This document shows, one piece after another, positions 17,432 through 27,679 of a stretch of 64,000 nucleotides of DNA. The notes beneath the pieces are model-generated. The model had not been told where the DNA came from, did no database searches, and saw nothing but the letters and a program-made list of their open reading frames with translations. Every line of letters starts with the position of its first letter. The first letter of the stretch is position 1. The stretch comes from an uncultured Candidatus Saccharibacteria bacterium (lineage in GTDB: Bacteria; Patescibacteriota; UBA1384; CAILIB01; JAUSJZ01). The position numbers and the translations under genes were made by a program. Location: the NCBI GenBank assembly GCA_964421635.1, contig CAYQWZ010000003.1:1712-65711 (forward strand), written 5' to 3'.

Positions 17432-20400
17432 TTACCATGCAATATGGATTACATCCCAGAAGTCAGGGGAGGTGCAGATGCCGTAATTCTTCGGATCACC
17501 AGTAGCGTTTGAGTTACAGGCTCCTGAACGATAGCGCAAATTGAGAGCGTAAATTTGGTCAGCGTATTGGCTGTCTTCTTGATATAGGTCATGATTTTGT
17601 ACAGAAGTTTCGATTCCCTGAACCTTATTGGCGTCATCGGCCGACTCGTTAATGCGGTGAATTAATACTTGAGTAGGATAAAAATCGGAAGTGTAGTATT
17701 CAGCCCCGCGCTCTTCTCCCATAAAAAGGTCAGTTACCAAATTAATCACCTTGCCGCGCGCCGCCTCTTTGAATCCGTGGAGTTTTTGCACTTCATTTGT
17801 CGGATCAAATTCGCCGAAATAGGTACCCTTTAATTTACCAATATCATTCAGCGTCTCGGCCGCTGGCCACTGAGTGTACGGCACATTGCCCGTGCTCGGG
17901 TCGAAAGGTGGGGAGAACTCTCCCACCTTACCCACAAAAGGATAATAGCCGTCGGCGGTGGCTTTGGTAGTTATTCTAGTTTTGCCAAAGCCAAAGATTG
18001 TGACTAACACAAAGATGGCTAAGCTGACGAAGAACATTGGGCCGGTGCCAATTATTAAGGCGGTTAAAACTAAACTTAGTGCACCCGTAATTGTGCCTGG
18101 TGGTAAACCGATAGCGGTTTCAATTTTAGCAATCTCTTTGCCAAAAATTAAGTCTACTACATAAATTCCTAGCTCAATAGCCGCGTTAACCATTTGCGTT
18201 TTGAGCATGGCTATCTGTTCAGCACTCTGTTTTAATTTTACGGCTTGACTGTATGAATCGTAAGTTTTGTAGAAATTGTATGAAAGCTGGTAGGCATGCG
18301 CCAGTTTACCAGCTTGAATTCCCAGAATTTGTTCACCAAAGTAGAATGCTCGACCAAGCAGCCAGTTGGTATCGTAAAGCTCTGATAATCCTTTTACACC
18401 TACTCCTGAAATTGAGAAGGATTGATCGTTGCCGTTAAGCGCAAAGCCAAACACACCGGCCAAGGTGCCATCAACTAAGCCTAGGTCTTTAAATAGGGCG
18501 GAGCCGAACAGATCGTCTTCAAAACCAGAGAGACGGACTAATCCTTGTTCCGTTAGAAGCTCATTAATATTAGCGCTGTTGCCCTGAATCATTTCAATAG
18601 TGGCCTTAATGGTTTGCTGTTCTGTCAGCCAGCCCAACCCTTGACTGTCTAAATCACTGCGGAACTGCTTGGCCAAAACATTGGAGCTAATATAGGCAAT
18701 AGCGTTTGTTCTCTCTTCAGGCGTTCCTTCGAATAAAATTCGAGATAAGCCAGGCGCTACTAATCCTTTTTGATCGAGTAGCTTCGATAAACCAAAGTCC
18801 ATAGAGGCGTAGCCGAACTCTTTGCCAATGTAATCCCAAGAAGTTTGGGCGACCATTTGAGTGCTCTTGGTGGCGGCAGCGCGGGAGCTATCTGTCTGTA
18901 CAGCCGCTTTTATGCTGTCTAGGGTGGCTTGGTCTAGTCGCTCGTCAGCGGTGTCGTAGCTGGCATCGTTATTTGTTTGTGCCACTTCAGAGTCTGGTTC
19001 TTCAACCACATTCTCATTAGCTGTTTCGGCGTCACCACCTTCAAAGTTTTGTTGTAGCTCGTTTTCGGTGTCAGTGCGTTTATTATCTAAACTTAGCTCA
19101 GCGCCAGCCGCCACCGCCTGCAACACTAGCTGCTCTACTTCATTAGCTAATCCTTCTTCCTCGGTTAGGGCGGGAGCATGGCTGCTGGTTTGCAAAACAT
19201 TGCGAACTCTATTAATTTCACCATCGACATCGACGCCATCTTCGCGTGCTTCTGTAATAGATCTATTGGCGGTGCTTGCGAAGGATACATAACTGTCTTT
19301 AGTAGACAGAGCCTCAATATTTAAATCGGCGATAGCCATAACGGCGTTGATAGGAACTTGGAAGAACGGCCAAACTTCGCCTCCAATTTGTTGCTGAATG
19401 TACTGGCCAGCGATATCTCTAAACTCGCTTAAGGCGCCTACCATAGCTGCAGTAGGATTAACTCCTGCTAACTCGAAGTGACCTGAATCGCGATTATATA
19501 AAGCGCCAAACAGCACTCGTTGCATTACTCTCTTGGCATTAATGCTACGGTCATAATCATTAGTGTTAGTATCTGACATATTGATACCGAAAGCGCGGCC
19601 AGCTAATAATCGGACTCCTTGGTCGAATAGAATTTCATCTGCCTGTTTTGGTTTAGCAATGAGGTCGGCCATGGTGCCCGCTTCAAATCCTAAAGATTTA
19701 TCAATATTGAAGCTGAAGGCCTCAGACATAATTTTATAAACCCGAGCTAAACTGGCTGAGTCATACTCAGACTGTTTAAAGAAATCGATGAGAAAATTAC
19801 GATTGCTGCTGTTAGAAATTAAACCATCAAAAATTGGATCCTCAACACCTAGTCTTTGGAGTATGGCTGCAAACGCCTCGCCACCAAACTCTGTGGCTCC
19901 CTGCTCTCCAGCCATAGATACAAGCTGAGCGGTACTGATTTTTCCTTCAATCCACTTTCGAGTTGGCCCGTTATTCTCTTCATCTAAAATGCCTAGTCGG
20001 CGGTCAATGCCGTTCAGTCTAATTTCGTAGTAGTTATTTGATAAGCTTCCACCGAAGGCAGCGTCAATACTGCTGTTGATTAATCCGTCGTACTGATGAG
20101 CTAGAGCAAAATAATCATCTAGTAGATAGAAAATTCCTCGGTCAGCGCCTTCAGATTCAACAAAAATCTCTCGTGCTTCAAGATAAGATAACCTCATAGA
20201 AGTGGTCATCTCGTACATCTCTGTTTCAATGTCGTTCATCTTTTTGGTAATAGCTTTTGCTTCATCAGGAACAGGAATACTAAAAGCAGCCATTATTTTC
20301 TTCTGCCAGTCTCTCTTTTCAAGATCGTTCATAGAACCGGAGCCTTTCAACATCTCTTCTCTGGTGCCCTTAAATTCGCCTGTTTGTAATCCTAATATCT

Positions 20401-23400
20401 TTTCAATTCTGGCCTGCCCCATGCTCTCTACCGGATTATCTGTTAAGGTGAATCCTTTTGGCAGATCAAGTTCAATGCCCAGTTTGCCTAAAGTGGCGCT
20501 GATTATTGCCTGCTGCCGGTTCTCATCGCGCTCCGCGTCTGTGTTACCGTCAGGATAAATTACAGAATTGAAAAAATCACTTGGCAGCTCTAAGGTTTGC
20601 TCTAACTTACGACCACCAACACCCACCAAAGTTTTAACAGGATCACCCAAAATAAAGTCAGCGATATCGTCGGCCGTTAGCCAGTCAGGAATTTTGACAC
20701 CTAGCTTCTGAGCCAGTGAGCTAATGGTGCGAGCGGTAATATGCTCGCGACCCTTTTCGATTAGGCTTTGTCGGTCTGTTTCTCCGCCATCATTTCGAGA
20801 CGAGCCAACAGCGAAGAATAAATTATCGGCAGTCTGGTCGCCTTCGTAGAAAAGATAGAGTGCCTCTTTTGGTAAATCTAGGGTGTCAGCTAATTTTTGA
20901 ATTCCCAAATGCACCAAAATGTTATCTATATTGCCTCCAGCTAAAGCGCCTTGTGCCGAACTGATCAGCAATTTGTCAGAGCCAAAAAGTATTCGTAAAG
21001 GATTCAGAGGGACATCTTCTAGTGAACCAACATTCGTATTTAAACTCTCCAAACTAATCTCGCTTGGAATGTGCGAGCTGTAAGCAACAGAATCGCCCTC
21101 CATAATTTCCATCACCGCTCGTTCGATATCTGAGGCGGCGCCTAATATCTGATTGACGGAATCGAAACTGTCTGAATCCTCAACAAAATCAATAATGCTA
21201 AAGAGGTCATCTTTAACATCGCGCACAGTGTAGCTGCTCTCTAGGTTGGTTAAATTGTCACCTAGCTCTACCACGCCCGCAATAGTGCGTTTGCTGTTGT
21301 TAATTATGTTTTGTACCTGACCCTGTACTCCATCTGGGAAATCGCTGACGCGCCGCTCAATGATGCGCAAGGAGTCATAAATTTTTTGATAGCGATTAAC
21401 ATAGAAAAAGATATCAGAGGCTAATTCAGTGTCTTCCAGCTGTTCGTATTCTGGGCTGTCTTGTACTTTTTCTATTAAAAGGCGGCGACCGATGCGTCTA
21501 AATTCGTGGGCTGGTTTATCACTCAAAAAGACATCGGCGTAGAAGTTGTCTTTTGGATTAGAGGCTACGAAATTTGTGTCACCGCTAACATTTGTAACAC
21601 TTGTTCTAAACTCTTTTTGGTCGTGGCTAGGTAGAGTTTCAGACAGGTACCAAACGCCAGCTATTTTGAAAGCGCTCTCGGCGTTGCTGCCCCCAATAAT
21701 ATCGAACATCGTGCCAGCCGGAAAGCCGAAAACTCGGTCGCGTTGCTGTGAAGTACCATCAGGGTTTTGACCATAGTCGCGGTAGTCATGCAGTGTTTGT
21801 AAAGAGTCATTCAAAATATTTAAAGATGCATTATACAGGGCTATTTTTTTCTGCTCTTCTTGAGTGAGATTGTTGGCAGTGATTATTGAGCCGTTGCCAG
21901 GGACATTTAAGCTAGCGATTAATCCTTCAATGGTGCCAGTCAAAGTTTCTAAAGAAGAGATTTCGGACGCTGCATTGCTTAAGAAACTTGTGCGAGCATC
22001 TTTGTTAGAAGGATTATATGTAATCATGCCTTCAAGCGGATCATAGGTTGGCCCAGGATTTTCTGCTTGGTAGGCCTTAGCCTTAAGCCGTTCAGCTATT
22101 TGTACAACACTGTTAGCAATATCTCCTTGTCCGGCATCCTGTAAATATTTTTTTAGAATAAACAGTGAGCCTGACTGGCCAGCCCCTCCTTCGTTCTCTC
22201 TATTGGTCAGCTGCTGCACTATAAATAGAGGGCTGGCTGGAGTATAATCTTCAGCTGCATTTGCAGATTCGACATGGTAGCGACCTAAATTAGCATCCCA
22301 GACTTTTTGGCCGGCCGCCTGTTTGAACTCAGCCACATTGCCAGAGTTAATAAAGCGCAAAGTAGTATTGGCTGGTAGTCGCAGTCGCTCATCAATTATG
22401 ATGGCATTTTGAGCGGCAAAAACAGTATTGTATCGAGCCTCTCCTATAGCGGCTTTGACTTCATTAATATCATTTGAAGCGAAGGATCTCTCTGGTACGG
22501 GCAAGCGCTCTTCAATGTATCCCCATCCTAAATGCTCCTTAAACCCATTCACTGAGTCGTAGTTATTTAGGGCGTAACTTTTGATGCCCAAGAGGTCTGC
22601 TAGCCGCTGTTTTCCAATGTTCGTAAGTAAATCGTTAGGACTATCTCCTTCAGGCAGTCTATCGAGCCCAATCTGTTTAGCTACAAACTGACGGCCAGTG
22701 TACTCTTCAATATCGGCCAAAGAGTTGGCGTTGCGAATTGCTTCAGGGTCAACATTAAGAGCTCCTCCCAAAACAATAGCACCAAAATCTTTAATAGTGT
22801 CGCCAAAATTAAACTGTGAAATATCTTGGCCGTCGAGCAGAGTTCCCAGCAGCTGGCCACCGACAAACTTGGCTAAATCTTCTGTACTCAAGCTGTCGAG
22901 GGTGCGGCCATCAAAATTGAATTCACCTAAAATTTCTTCTGCATCTAAAAGCTCAAAAATGCTATTAAAAGATAGATCTTGCAGCATTTCATGAATAGCC
23001 AACTCGGGTAGAGGTTCGGCGGCAATTCCGTCATCTGATTGCCAAGCGACTTTAATGTTTATTGGTTTTTGGAACTTATAGCTGTTAGAGCTGCTGAATA
23101 TTCCGGTTTTTCGAATGCGGGTGGTGACTCGAATGCGATCAATCTCTGAAATATCAATAGCCTGTGAAACGGCGTGCGAGCCTTCATTAAACTTAATTGG
23201 CACATCTTGGCCGTTGATTTTTTGAGTTGAAAAATCGCGGCTAGTTAAATCTACGAAGTGAGGGCTACGGGTAGTCTCTAAGCTTTTATCCCATTTACCG
23301 TTACCGTTGGTGTCAATGTATTCTTCGCCTTCATTCTGCTCGTAAATTCCGTCACCGTCATCATCTAAAATTGGTTCTGCTCGGTTCTGCTGCTCCTTGC

Positions 23401-24316
23401 CTTTCTCAATAAACTGAGTTAATCTTTCAACTTTCAAGTATTCTCGGCCGGCACCTCCATCGCTGCGTGGTTTGAGTAGGTAGTCAAGGGCTAAAATTAC
23501 CCGTACATCAACGCGCGGAGGGTCGCAGTATTGGTCTTTATCGCGGGCACCATTAATGAATTCGTTGTCTTCGCTAGCGTTCCAATTAAGACAATCCCCG
23601 TTGTTCTCACCTGTAATAGCCACTAAATCTCGGCTGTGCTCAAATACCAAGCGCCGCTCATAAGTAGTTAGAGGATTCAGCCGTTCTTGTAGATCAGAAT
23701 TAATTGTATAGAAGTTTGGTAGGTATTTTGTTAATACTTCAGCCGTCAGATCTTCTTCAAGAGAAGATGAAATATTATTGCTCTCATCATTATTAATATT
23801 TTCTAGTTTTTGAGCATCTTCTCTTGGAACATAAGCATAAGTTCGGCTATTGTCGTCTTGGCTAACACTTTCATCTGGGATAAAAGATTGATTTTCAATC
23901 TTATCAATAACCTCTCGTTTATTCAGAAAAATAACAACATCATTGTCGTAAGCTGTTTCAAAACTGTTGTGTTCATCAATGACAAGGGTTAGGGCATAGC
24001 TATCAATGTCGTCGGGAAATCCTTCTCCAGGTGTGTAGACAAGGTCGTGGTCGTTGTTTGTAATAAAAGATCGACTCAATGGCGCTTCTAAATCATTTGC
24101 TCTTGGTATATCGCCTAAATCAGAAGGATTGGAACTTTCTTGATTCAAAAGCTCAATATCTTCCCCACTTCCTTCAAAGTCGCTTTCATCTGATGAGTTG
24201 GGTAATTCATCAGGATCAATTTGGGCATAAACAGTCAGAGTACTTAAAGGTAAAAATAAAGATAGTGAAGCAATTATATTTAAGCAGATGAATTGTTTAA
24301 ATAATCCTTTTTTCAT
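17432..24316 (-). CDS. Giant secreted/membrane protein (2294 aa) with repeated helical motifs
   Basis: Signal peptide, DxDGDG/DTNGNG Ca-binding-like loops, many G-xxx-[IL][ED]xxLG[LF]PxG repeats, C-terminal TM segments. Confidence 0.85.
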   Translation of the reverse strand: MKKGLFKQFICLNIIASLSLFLPLSTLTVYAQIDPDELPNSSDESDFEGSGEDIELLNQESSNPSDLGDIPRANDLEAPLSRSFITNNDHDLVYTPGEGFPDDIDSYALTLVIDEHNSFETAYDNDVVIFLNKREVIDKIENQSFIPDESVSQDDNSRTYAYVPREDAQKLENINNDESNNISSSLEEDLTAEVLTKYLPNFYTINSDLQERLNPLTTYERRLVFEHSRDLVAITGENNGDCLNWNASEDNEFINGARDKDQYCDPPRVDVRVILALDYLLKPRSDGGAGREYLKVERLTQFIEKGKEQQNRAEPILDDDGDGIYEQNEGEEYIDTNGNGKWDKSLETTRSPHFVDLTSRDFSTQKINGQDVPIKFNEGSHAVSQAIDISEIDRIRVTTRIRKTGIFSSSNSYKFQKPINIKVAWQSDDGIAAEPLPELAIHEMLQDLSFNSIFELLDAEEILGEFNFDGRTLDSLSTEDLAKFVGGQLLGTLLDGQDISQFNFGDTIKDFGAIVLGGALNVDPEAIRNANSLADIEEYTGRQFVAKQIGLDRLPEGDSPNDLLTNIGKQRLADLLGIKSYALNNYDSVNGFKEHLGWGYIEERLPVPERSFASNDINEVKAAIGEARYNTVFAAQNAIIIDERLRLPANTTLRFINSGNVAEFKQAAGQKVWDANLGRYHVESANAAEDYTPASPLFIVQQLTNRENEGGAGQSGSLFILKKYLQDAGQGDIANSVVQIAERLKAKAYQAENPGPTYDPLEGMITYNPSNKDARTSFLSNAASEISSLETLTGTIEGLIASLNVPGNGSIITANNLTQEEQKKIALYNASLNILNDSLQTLHDYRDYGQNPDGTSQQRDRVFGFPAGTMFDIIGGSNAESAFKIAGVWYLSETLPSHDQKEFRTSVTNVSGDTNFVASNPKDNFYADVFLSDKPAHEFRRIGRRLLIEKVQDSPEYEQLEDTELASDIFFYVNRYQKIYDSLRIIERRVSDFPDGVQGQVQNIINNSKRTIAGVVELGDNLTNLESSYTVRDVKDDLFSIIDFVEDSDSFDSVNQILGAASDIERAVMEIMEGDSVAYSSHIPSEISLESLNTNVGSLEDVPLNPLRILFGSDKLLISSAQGALAGGNIDNILVHLGIQKLADTLDLPKEALYLFYEGDQTADNLFFAVGSSRNDGGETDRQSLIEKGREHITARTISSLAQKLGVKIPDWLTADDIADFILGDPVKTLVGVGGRKLEQTLELPSDFFNSVIYPDGNTDAERDENRQQAIISATLGKLGIELDLPKGFTLTDNPVESMGQARIEKILGLQTGEFKGTREEMLKGSGSMNDLEKRDWQKKIMAAFSIPVPDEAKAITKKMNDIETEMYEMTTSMRLSYLEAREIFVESEGADRGIFYLLDDYFALAHQYDGLINSSIDAAFGGSLSNNYYEIRLNGIDRRLGILDEENNGPTRKWIEGKISTAQLVSMAGEQGATEFGGEAFAAILQRLGVEDPIFDGLISNSSNRNFLIDFFKQSEYDSASLARVYKIMSEAFSFNIDKSLGFEAGTMADLIAKPKQADEILFDQGVRLLAGRAFGINMSDTNTNDYDRSINAKRVMQRVLFGALYNRDSGHFELAGVNPTAAMVGALSEFRDIAGQYIQQQIGGEVWPFFQVPINAVMAIADLNIEALSTKDSYVSFASTANRSITEAREDGVDVDGEINRVRNVLQTSSHAPALTEEEGLANEVEQLVLQAVAAGAELSLDNKRTDTENELQQNFEGGDAETANENVVEEPDSEVAQTNNDASYDTADERLDQATLDSIKAAVQTDSSRAAATKSTQMVAQTSWDYIGKEFGYASMDFGLSKLLDQKGLVAPGLSRILFEGTPEERTNAIAYISSNVLAKQFRSDLDSQGLGWLTEQQTIKATIEMIQGNSANINELLTEQGLVRLSGFEDDLFGSALFKDLGLVDGTLAGVFGFALNGNDQSFSISGVGVKGLSELYDTNWLLGRAFYFGEQILGIQAGKLAHAYQLSYNFYKTYDSYSQAVKLKQSAEQIAMLKTQMVNAAIELGIYVVDLIFGKEIAKIETAIGLPPGTITGALSLVLTALIIGTGPMFFVSLAIFVLVTIFGFGKTRITTKATADGYYPFVGKVGEFSPPFDPSTGNVPYTQWPAAETLNDIGKLKGTYFGEFDPTNEVQKLHGFKEAARGKVINLVTDLFMGEERGAEYYTSDFYPTQVLIHRINESADDANKVQGIETSVQNHDLYQEDSQYADQIYALNLRYRSGACNSNATGDPKNYGICTSPDFWDVIHIAW

Positions 24317-25986
24317 TCTGTTAGTTGTGGCCTAGATACCTTTAGGATTTGATTTATTTGGCGATTGTCTTGGAATAATATAGCCTCATCTTCACTGCGA
24401 GGGCCGCCATCTGAACTGCAGAAATAGACTCTTTTTTGAGAATCAGAGAAGACAAACAGACCGTAGTGTGTTTCGTTGTCAACTTCTTTGGAGGTGATAA
24501 TAATGTCGCCATCCTCTAATGATTCGGCGTCGAAATCTTCGCCAACCTTGCTTGGTTTTAAGATTGTGCTAAAGGTTTTTGGTAAATCTACAGCATTAGG
24601 GCTGAGACACAAAATACAGTTACTGTCGTTGCCGCGAATCAGATATGTAATAAATCCGCTGGGGTCGCAGCCGCGTTTACCGCCCACCACATTGCTGCCG
24701 TCGCGAAGAGGCAAGCTTGTACTTTTAGGATTATCATTAGTACTGCCGACCCAATTTCCACTATCTCCAACCGCAGATATTGCCCTGCTGGCTAGCTCTT
24801 GCGGAGTTTTGACTGTCACGCCGAGAGTGAGATTAATTAATTCATCGAGATTTTGAAATAGCTCTTTTAGTTTATCTTCAATATCTTCTGTGCCGCCCAC
24901 AATCTCTTGAGCTAAAGTTTTGGCAGTGGCTAAAGGTCCCGCCACTATGGCTTCAGAGTTTGGTTTGCCAGCAATCTCTTCTTCAACCTTGTCTAAAAAC
25001 TCAATAATGCCACTTTCTGTCAGCTCCTTAGCCGAAGTAATCTGTCGAATCTCTTCATCACCAGCTAAGGTAGCTAGCCGTTCAATGGCTTCTTTGACAG
25101 TAGGATTAGACAGGTCTGCAGGCTGAGATAAAGTACCGCCGCGTGATCCGCCGCCAATTAAACTGGCGATGCCAGCCCCAAGACCTATTAATAAAATTAC
25201 AATTAATATTGGCCCAATATTGGCCACAATGAAAGGTATAACGACTGAGGCAACGCGAGCGCCCAATTGGGCGGCAATTTTAGCACCGGCCTGAGCTGCC
25301 TTGCCAGCCGCTCGCGCACCTGTTTTAACAGCAGAGCCAGCGGCTTTTGTCCCTGCCTTCACTCCAGATTTTGCTGCTTTTTCAGCTGCCCCTTTAGCCG
25401 CTTGACCACTGGCTTGCCCAGCTTTGCTTGCTGCCTGTTTACCAATCTGACTACCAGTTTTCATTGTTTGCTTGCCGGCTTTGCCGCCATATTCGGTAAC
25501 CGTTCTGGTGTCAGGAGTTTTGCTAGCTCTGGTTTTAGGGTCAATTTGTCGACTTTGTGGGTCTTCGCCTCTTTTATCAGCTGGCCTCTCAGCTTTCTGC
25601 TCTCGGGCTTTCTCTAAACTATCTTGTTCTTGTTGTCTGTTTTGGTCTGACTGCGACTGTTCAGCCCGTTCCTGCTGTTGCTCAAGCTGCTCCGACTCAT
25701 CTTCTTCTGAATATTGAGCGTTATTTAATTCTTCCAACTCCTCGTCACTAAGCTCCAAATCTTCATCAAAATCTTCTTCGCGATCACCAGTCGGCCCAGC
25801 ATCGCGACCAGCCCCAGACAGCGGAGCACCTTTCTGTCTTAACAGCGCCGCCAAATTAACAACATTTGAGGCCCCCGGTTTGGAAGGAACATTTCGACGA
25901 CGGATTATCTCAGCGCGCAAAGACCGACGGCTGCGCCCCATCCTTCTATTATTGTTATTTGGTTTTTTGTTAGGTGTATTGGCCAT
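24313..25986 (-). CDS. VirB1-like membrane protein with a degenerate NlpC/P60-like domain
   Basis: Charged and A/K/G-rich N-terminus, TM, then GCDPSGFITY...EDGDII...HYGLF. Confidence 0.6.
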   Translation of the reverse strand: MANTPNKKPNNNNRRMGRSRRSLRAEIIRRRNVPSKPGASNVVNLAALLRQKGAPLSGAGRDAGPTGDREEDFDEDLELSDEELEELNNAQYSEEDESEQLEQQQERAEQSQSDQNRQQEQDSLEKAREQKAERPADKRGEDPQSRQIDPKTRASKTPDTRTVTEYGGKAGKQTMKTGSQIGKQAASKAGQASGQAAKGAAEKAAKSGVKAGTKAAGSAVKTGARAAGKAAQAGAKIAAQLGARVASVVIPFIVANIGPILIVILLIGLGAGIASLIGGGSRGGTLSQPADLSNPTVKEAIERLATLAGDEEIRQITSAKELTESGIIEFLDKVEEEIAGKPNSEAIVAGPLATAKTLAQEIVGGTEDIEDKLKELFQNLDELINLTLGVTVKTPQELASRAISAVGDSGNWVGSTNDNPKSTSLPLRDGSNVVGGKRGCDPSGFITYLIRGNDSNCILCLSPNAVDLPKTFSTILKPSKVGEDFDAESLEDGDIIITSKEVDNETHYGLFVFSDSQKRVYFCSSDGGPRSEDEAILFQDNRQINQILKVSRPQLTE

Positions 25987-27264
25987 TCAAGGAGCTAATT
26001 TTAGAGGAAAACTATAAAGAGTATTGTTGCTGACAAAATGCAATGTCGATTCATCGTTCGTCAAATAAATATGCTCGATATTATTGGTAATAGTTGGTGA
26101 GGATTCATACAGCTGAACCTCTTTTGAACTGACATTAAACTTAATTAATTGCGAGTTGCCGTTATCGTCAATGGCCTGAACTGTTAGGAAGTTGCTGTCG
26201 TCGTGCCAAACGAAAGCGCCAGATTTTGCCAAAGTGAACAGCTCGTCGCTTTCTCCTGTATCTGGATTAATTAGCACCAAGACAGGCAAAGCGGTGTCGT
26301 TCTCTTCTGCTACCAAGTAGGCGCCATTTGGGCTAAAACTGGCTTTAGATACACTCTTAGCGTTAGCGGAGTAGAGCTGATCAATAGCTAAATCGTAAAT
26401 AAAGAGATTGCCTTTGCTGTATAAAGGATTATCAATAACGGCGATTTTTGTGCCCGCCTTTGACCAAACAAACTCAGGAGCAGATAATTTGTCTAAAACA
26501 GCCAGAATGTTTTTATTATTCATACCGGTGTCAGCAGTACCAAAAACTGGTTCGTTGTCGCGGAACTCAACAAAACCTAGACGGTTGTGAGTGGCGTCAT
26601 ATTTAATATCTAGCACATTAGGATCAGCTAAAAGTTTAAACTCAGAGTTAACGAAATCTGGTTTAGTGAAGTCAAAAATGTACCAAATATTTTTGCTATC
26701 TTTGGTAATCACTGCTTTGTGCGAAGTAATCCATTCTAAATCGGAATTTCTTTTAAAGATTGGGTCTGAGATGGCTACTTTTTCGCCCGTGTCTAAGTTA
26801 TAACGAACAAGCGTGGTTAAATCTCGGCCTAAATAGTAAAGGGTATTAGTCGCTCGGTCGTAAGAAAGATAGGTGGCTTGACCAACCACATCTGATTCAG
26901 GATTAGAAGCGATAGTGACTGTTGGGGTAATTTCCACCGTTCTGCCTCGGGGAGCTTCAATAACCTCTTTATGGTTTACTTCTTGACCCGACATAATGCT
27001 AATGGTGTGTTTACCCGGAATGGTGACGAATTTAAAAGTATCCTCATCAATTTGTGCCAGACTAACTTCTTGCCCATCAATTAAAATTTCAACTTCCTGA
27101 TACTGTAAATTTATTAAAATGGTGCTGCGATTTAGAATGAATCTATTGACAGCTAGTGCCAGCAAAAAAACCGCCAGCAAAGTAGACAAAATTACATACT
27201 GCCGATGCTTGTACTCTTTCGAGGTGATATGTTTAATTTTTTTGATGACTTTTTTAAATGGCAT
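25987..27264 (-). CDS. Membrane-anchored PEGA-like plus TolB-type beta-propeller protein
   Basis: TM; ILIDG...PGKHTISI; WSKAG and FSPNG propeller-type motifs. Confidence 0.7.
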   Translation of the reverse strand: MPFKKVIKKIKHITSKEYKHRQYVILSTLLAVFLLALAVNRFILNRSTILINLQYQEVEILIDGQEVSLAQIDEDTFKFVTIPGKHTISIMSGQEVNHKEVIEAPRGRTVEITPTVTIASNPESDVVGQATYLSYDRATNTLYYLGRDLTTLVRYNLDTGEKVAISDPIFKRNSDLEWITSHKAVITKDSKNIWYIFDFTKPDFVNSEFKLLADPNVLDIKYDATHNRLGFVEFRDNEPVFGTADTGMNNKNILAVLDKLSAPEFVWSKAGTKIAVIDNPLYSKGNLFIYDLAIDQLYSANAKSVSKASFSPNGAYLVAEENDTALPVLVLINPDTGESDELFTLAKSGAFVWHDDSNFLTVQAIDDNGNSQLIKFNVSSKEVQLYESSPTITNNIEHIYLTNDESTLHFVSNNTLYSFPLKLAP

Positions 27265-27265
27265 T

Positions 27266-27679
27266 TTATTTTTCTACAACTTCAAAACTAATTGACTCAA
27301 CTGGTGCGTTTATTTTTTGTAACCAGTTTTTTGCGTCTACTTTTATACTATCCTGTTGCTTAAAATATTGTGAGGGTATTTCTAACCTTAAACTATTTAA
27401 ATCAACGAAATATAGGCTGTAATTGTCTGCAAAGTGGGGTAAGAAATCTAGCCACGGGTTATTTTTAATTTTTTCAGAGTAAGGCTGTGCTATCTCGTCA
27501 TTATCACTAGGTGCTGATTCAGCAACATCTGGTTGATTATCTCCAAAGTCAGTTATCTCAGTATCTGATTTTGTTGTTGGTGCTTTAATAGCTTTGTTAT
27601 TTGATGAGATCATAAAAAATCCAATTACGATTAAGACAATAATAAGTACGACAATTATTATTTTGGTTCTATTATCCAT
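27266..27679 (-). CDS. Hypothetical membrane-anchored protein
   Basis: N-terminal TM; ..LP....Y.. and AKNWL motifs; inside the operon. Confidence 0.7.
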   Translation of the reverse strand: MDNRTKIIIVVLIIVLIVIGFFMISSNNKAIKAPTTKSDTEITDFGDNQPDVAESAPSDNDEIAQPYSEKIKNNPWLDFLPHFADNYSLYFVDLNSLRLEIPSQYFKQQDSIKVDAKNWLQKINAPVESISFEVVEK

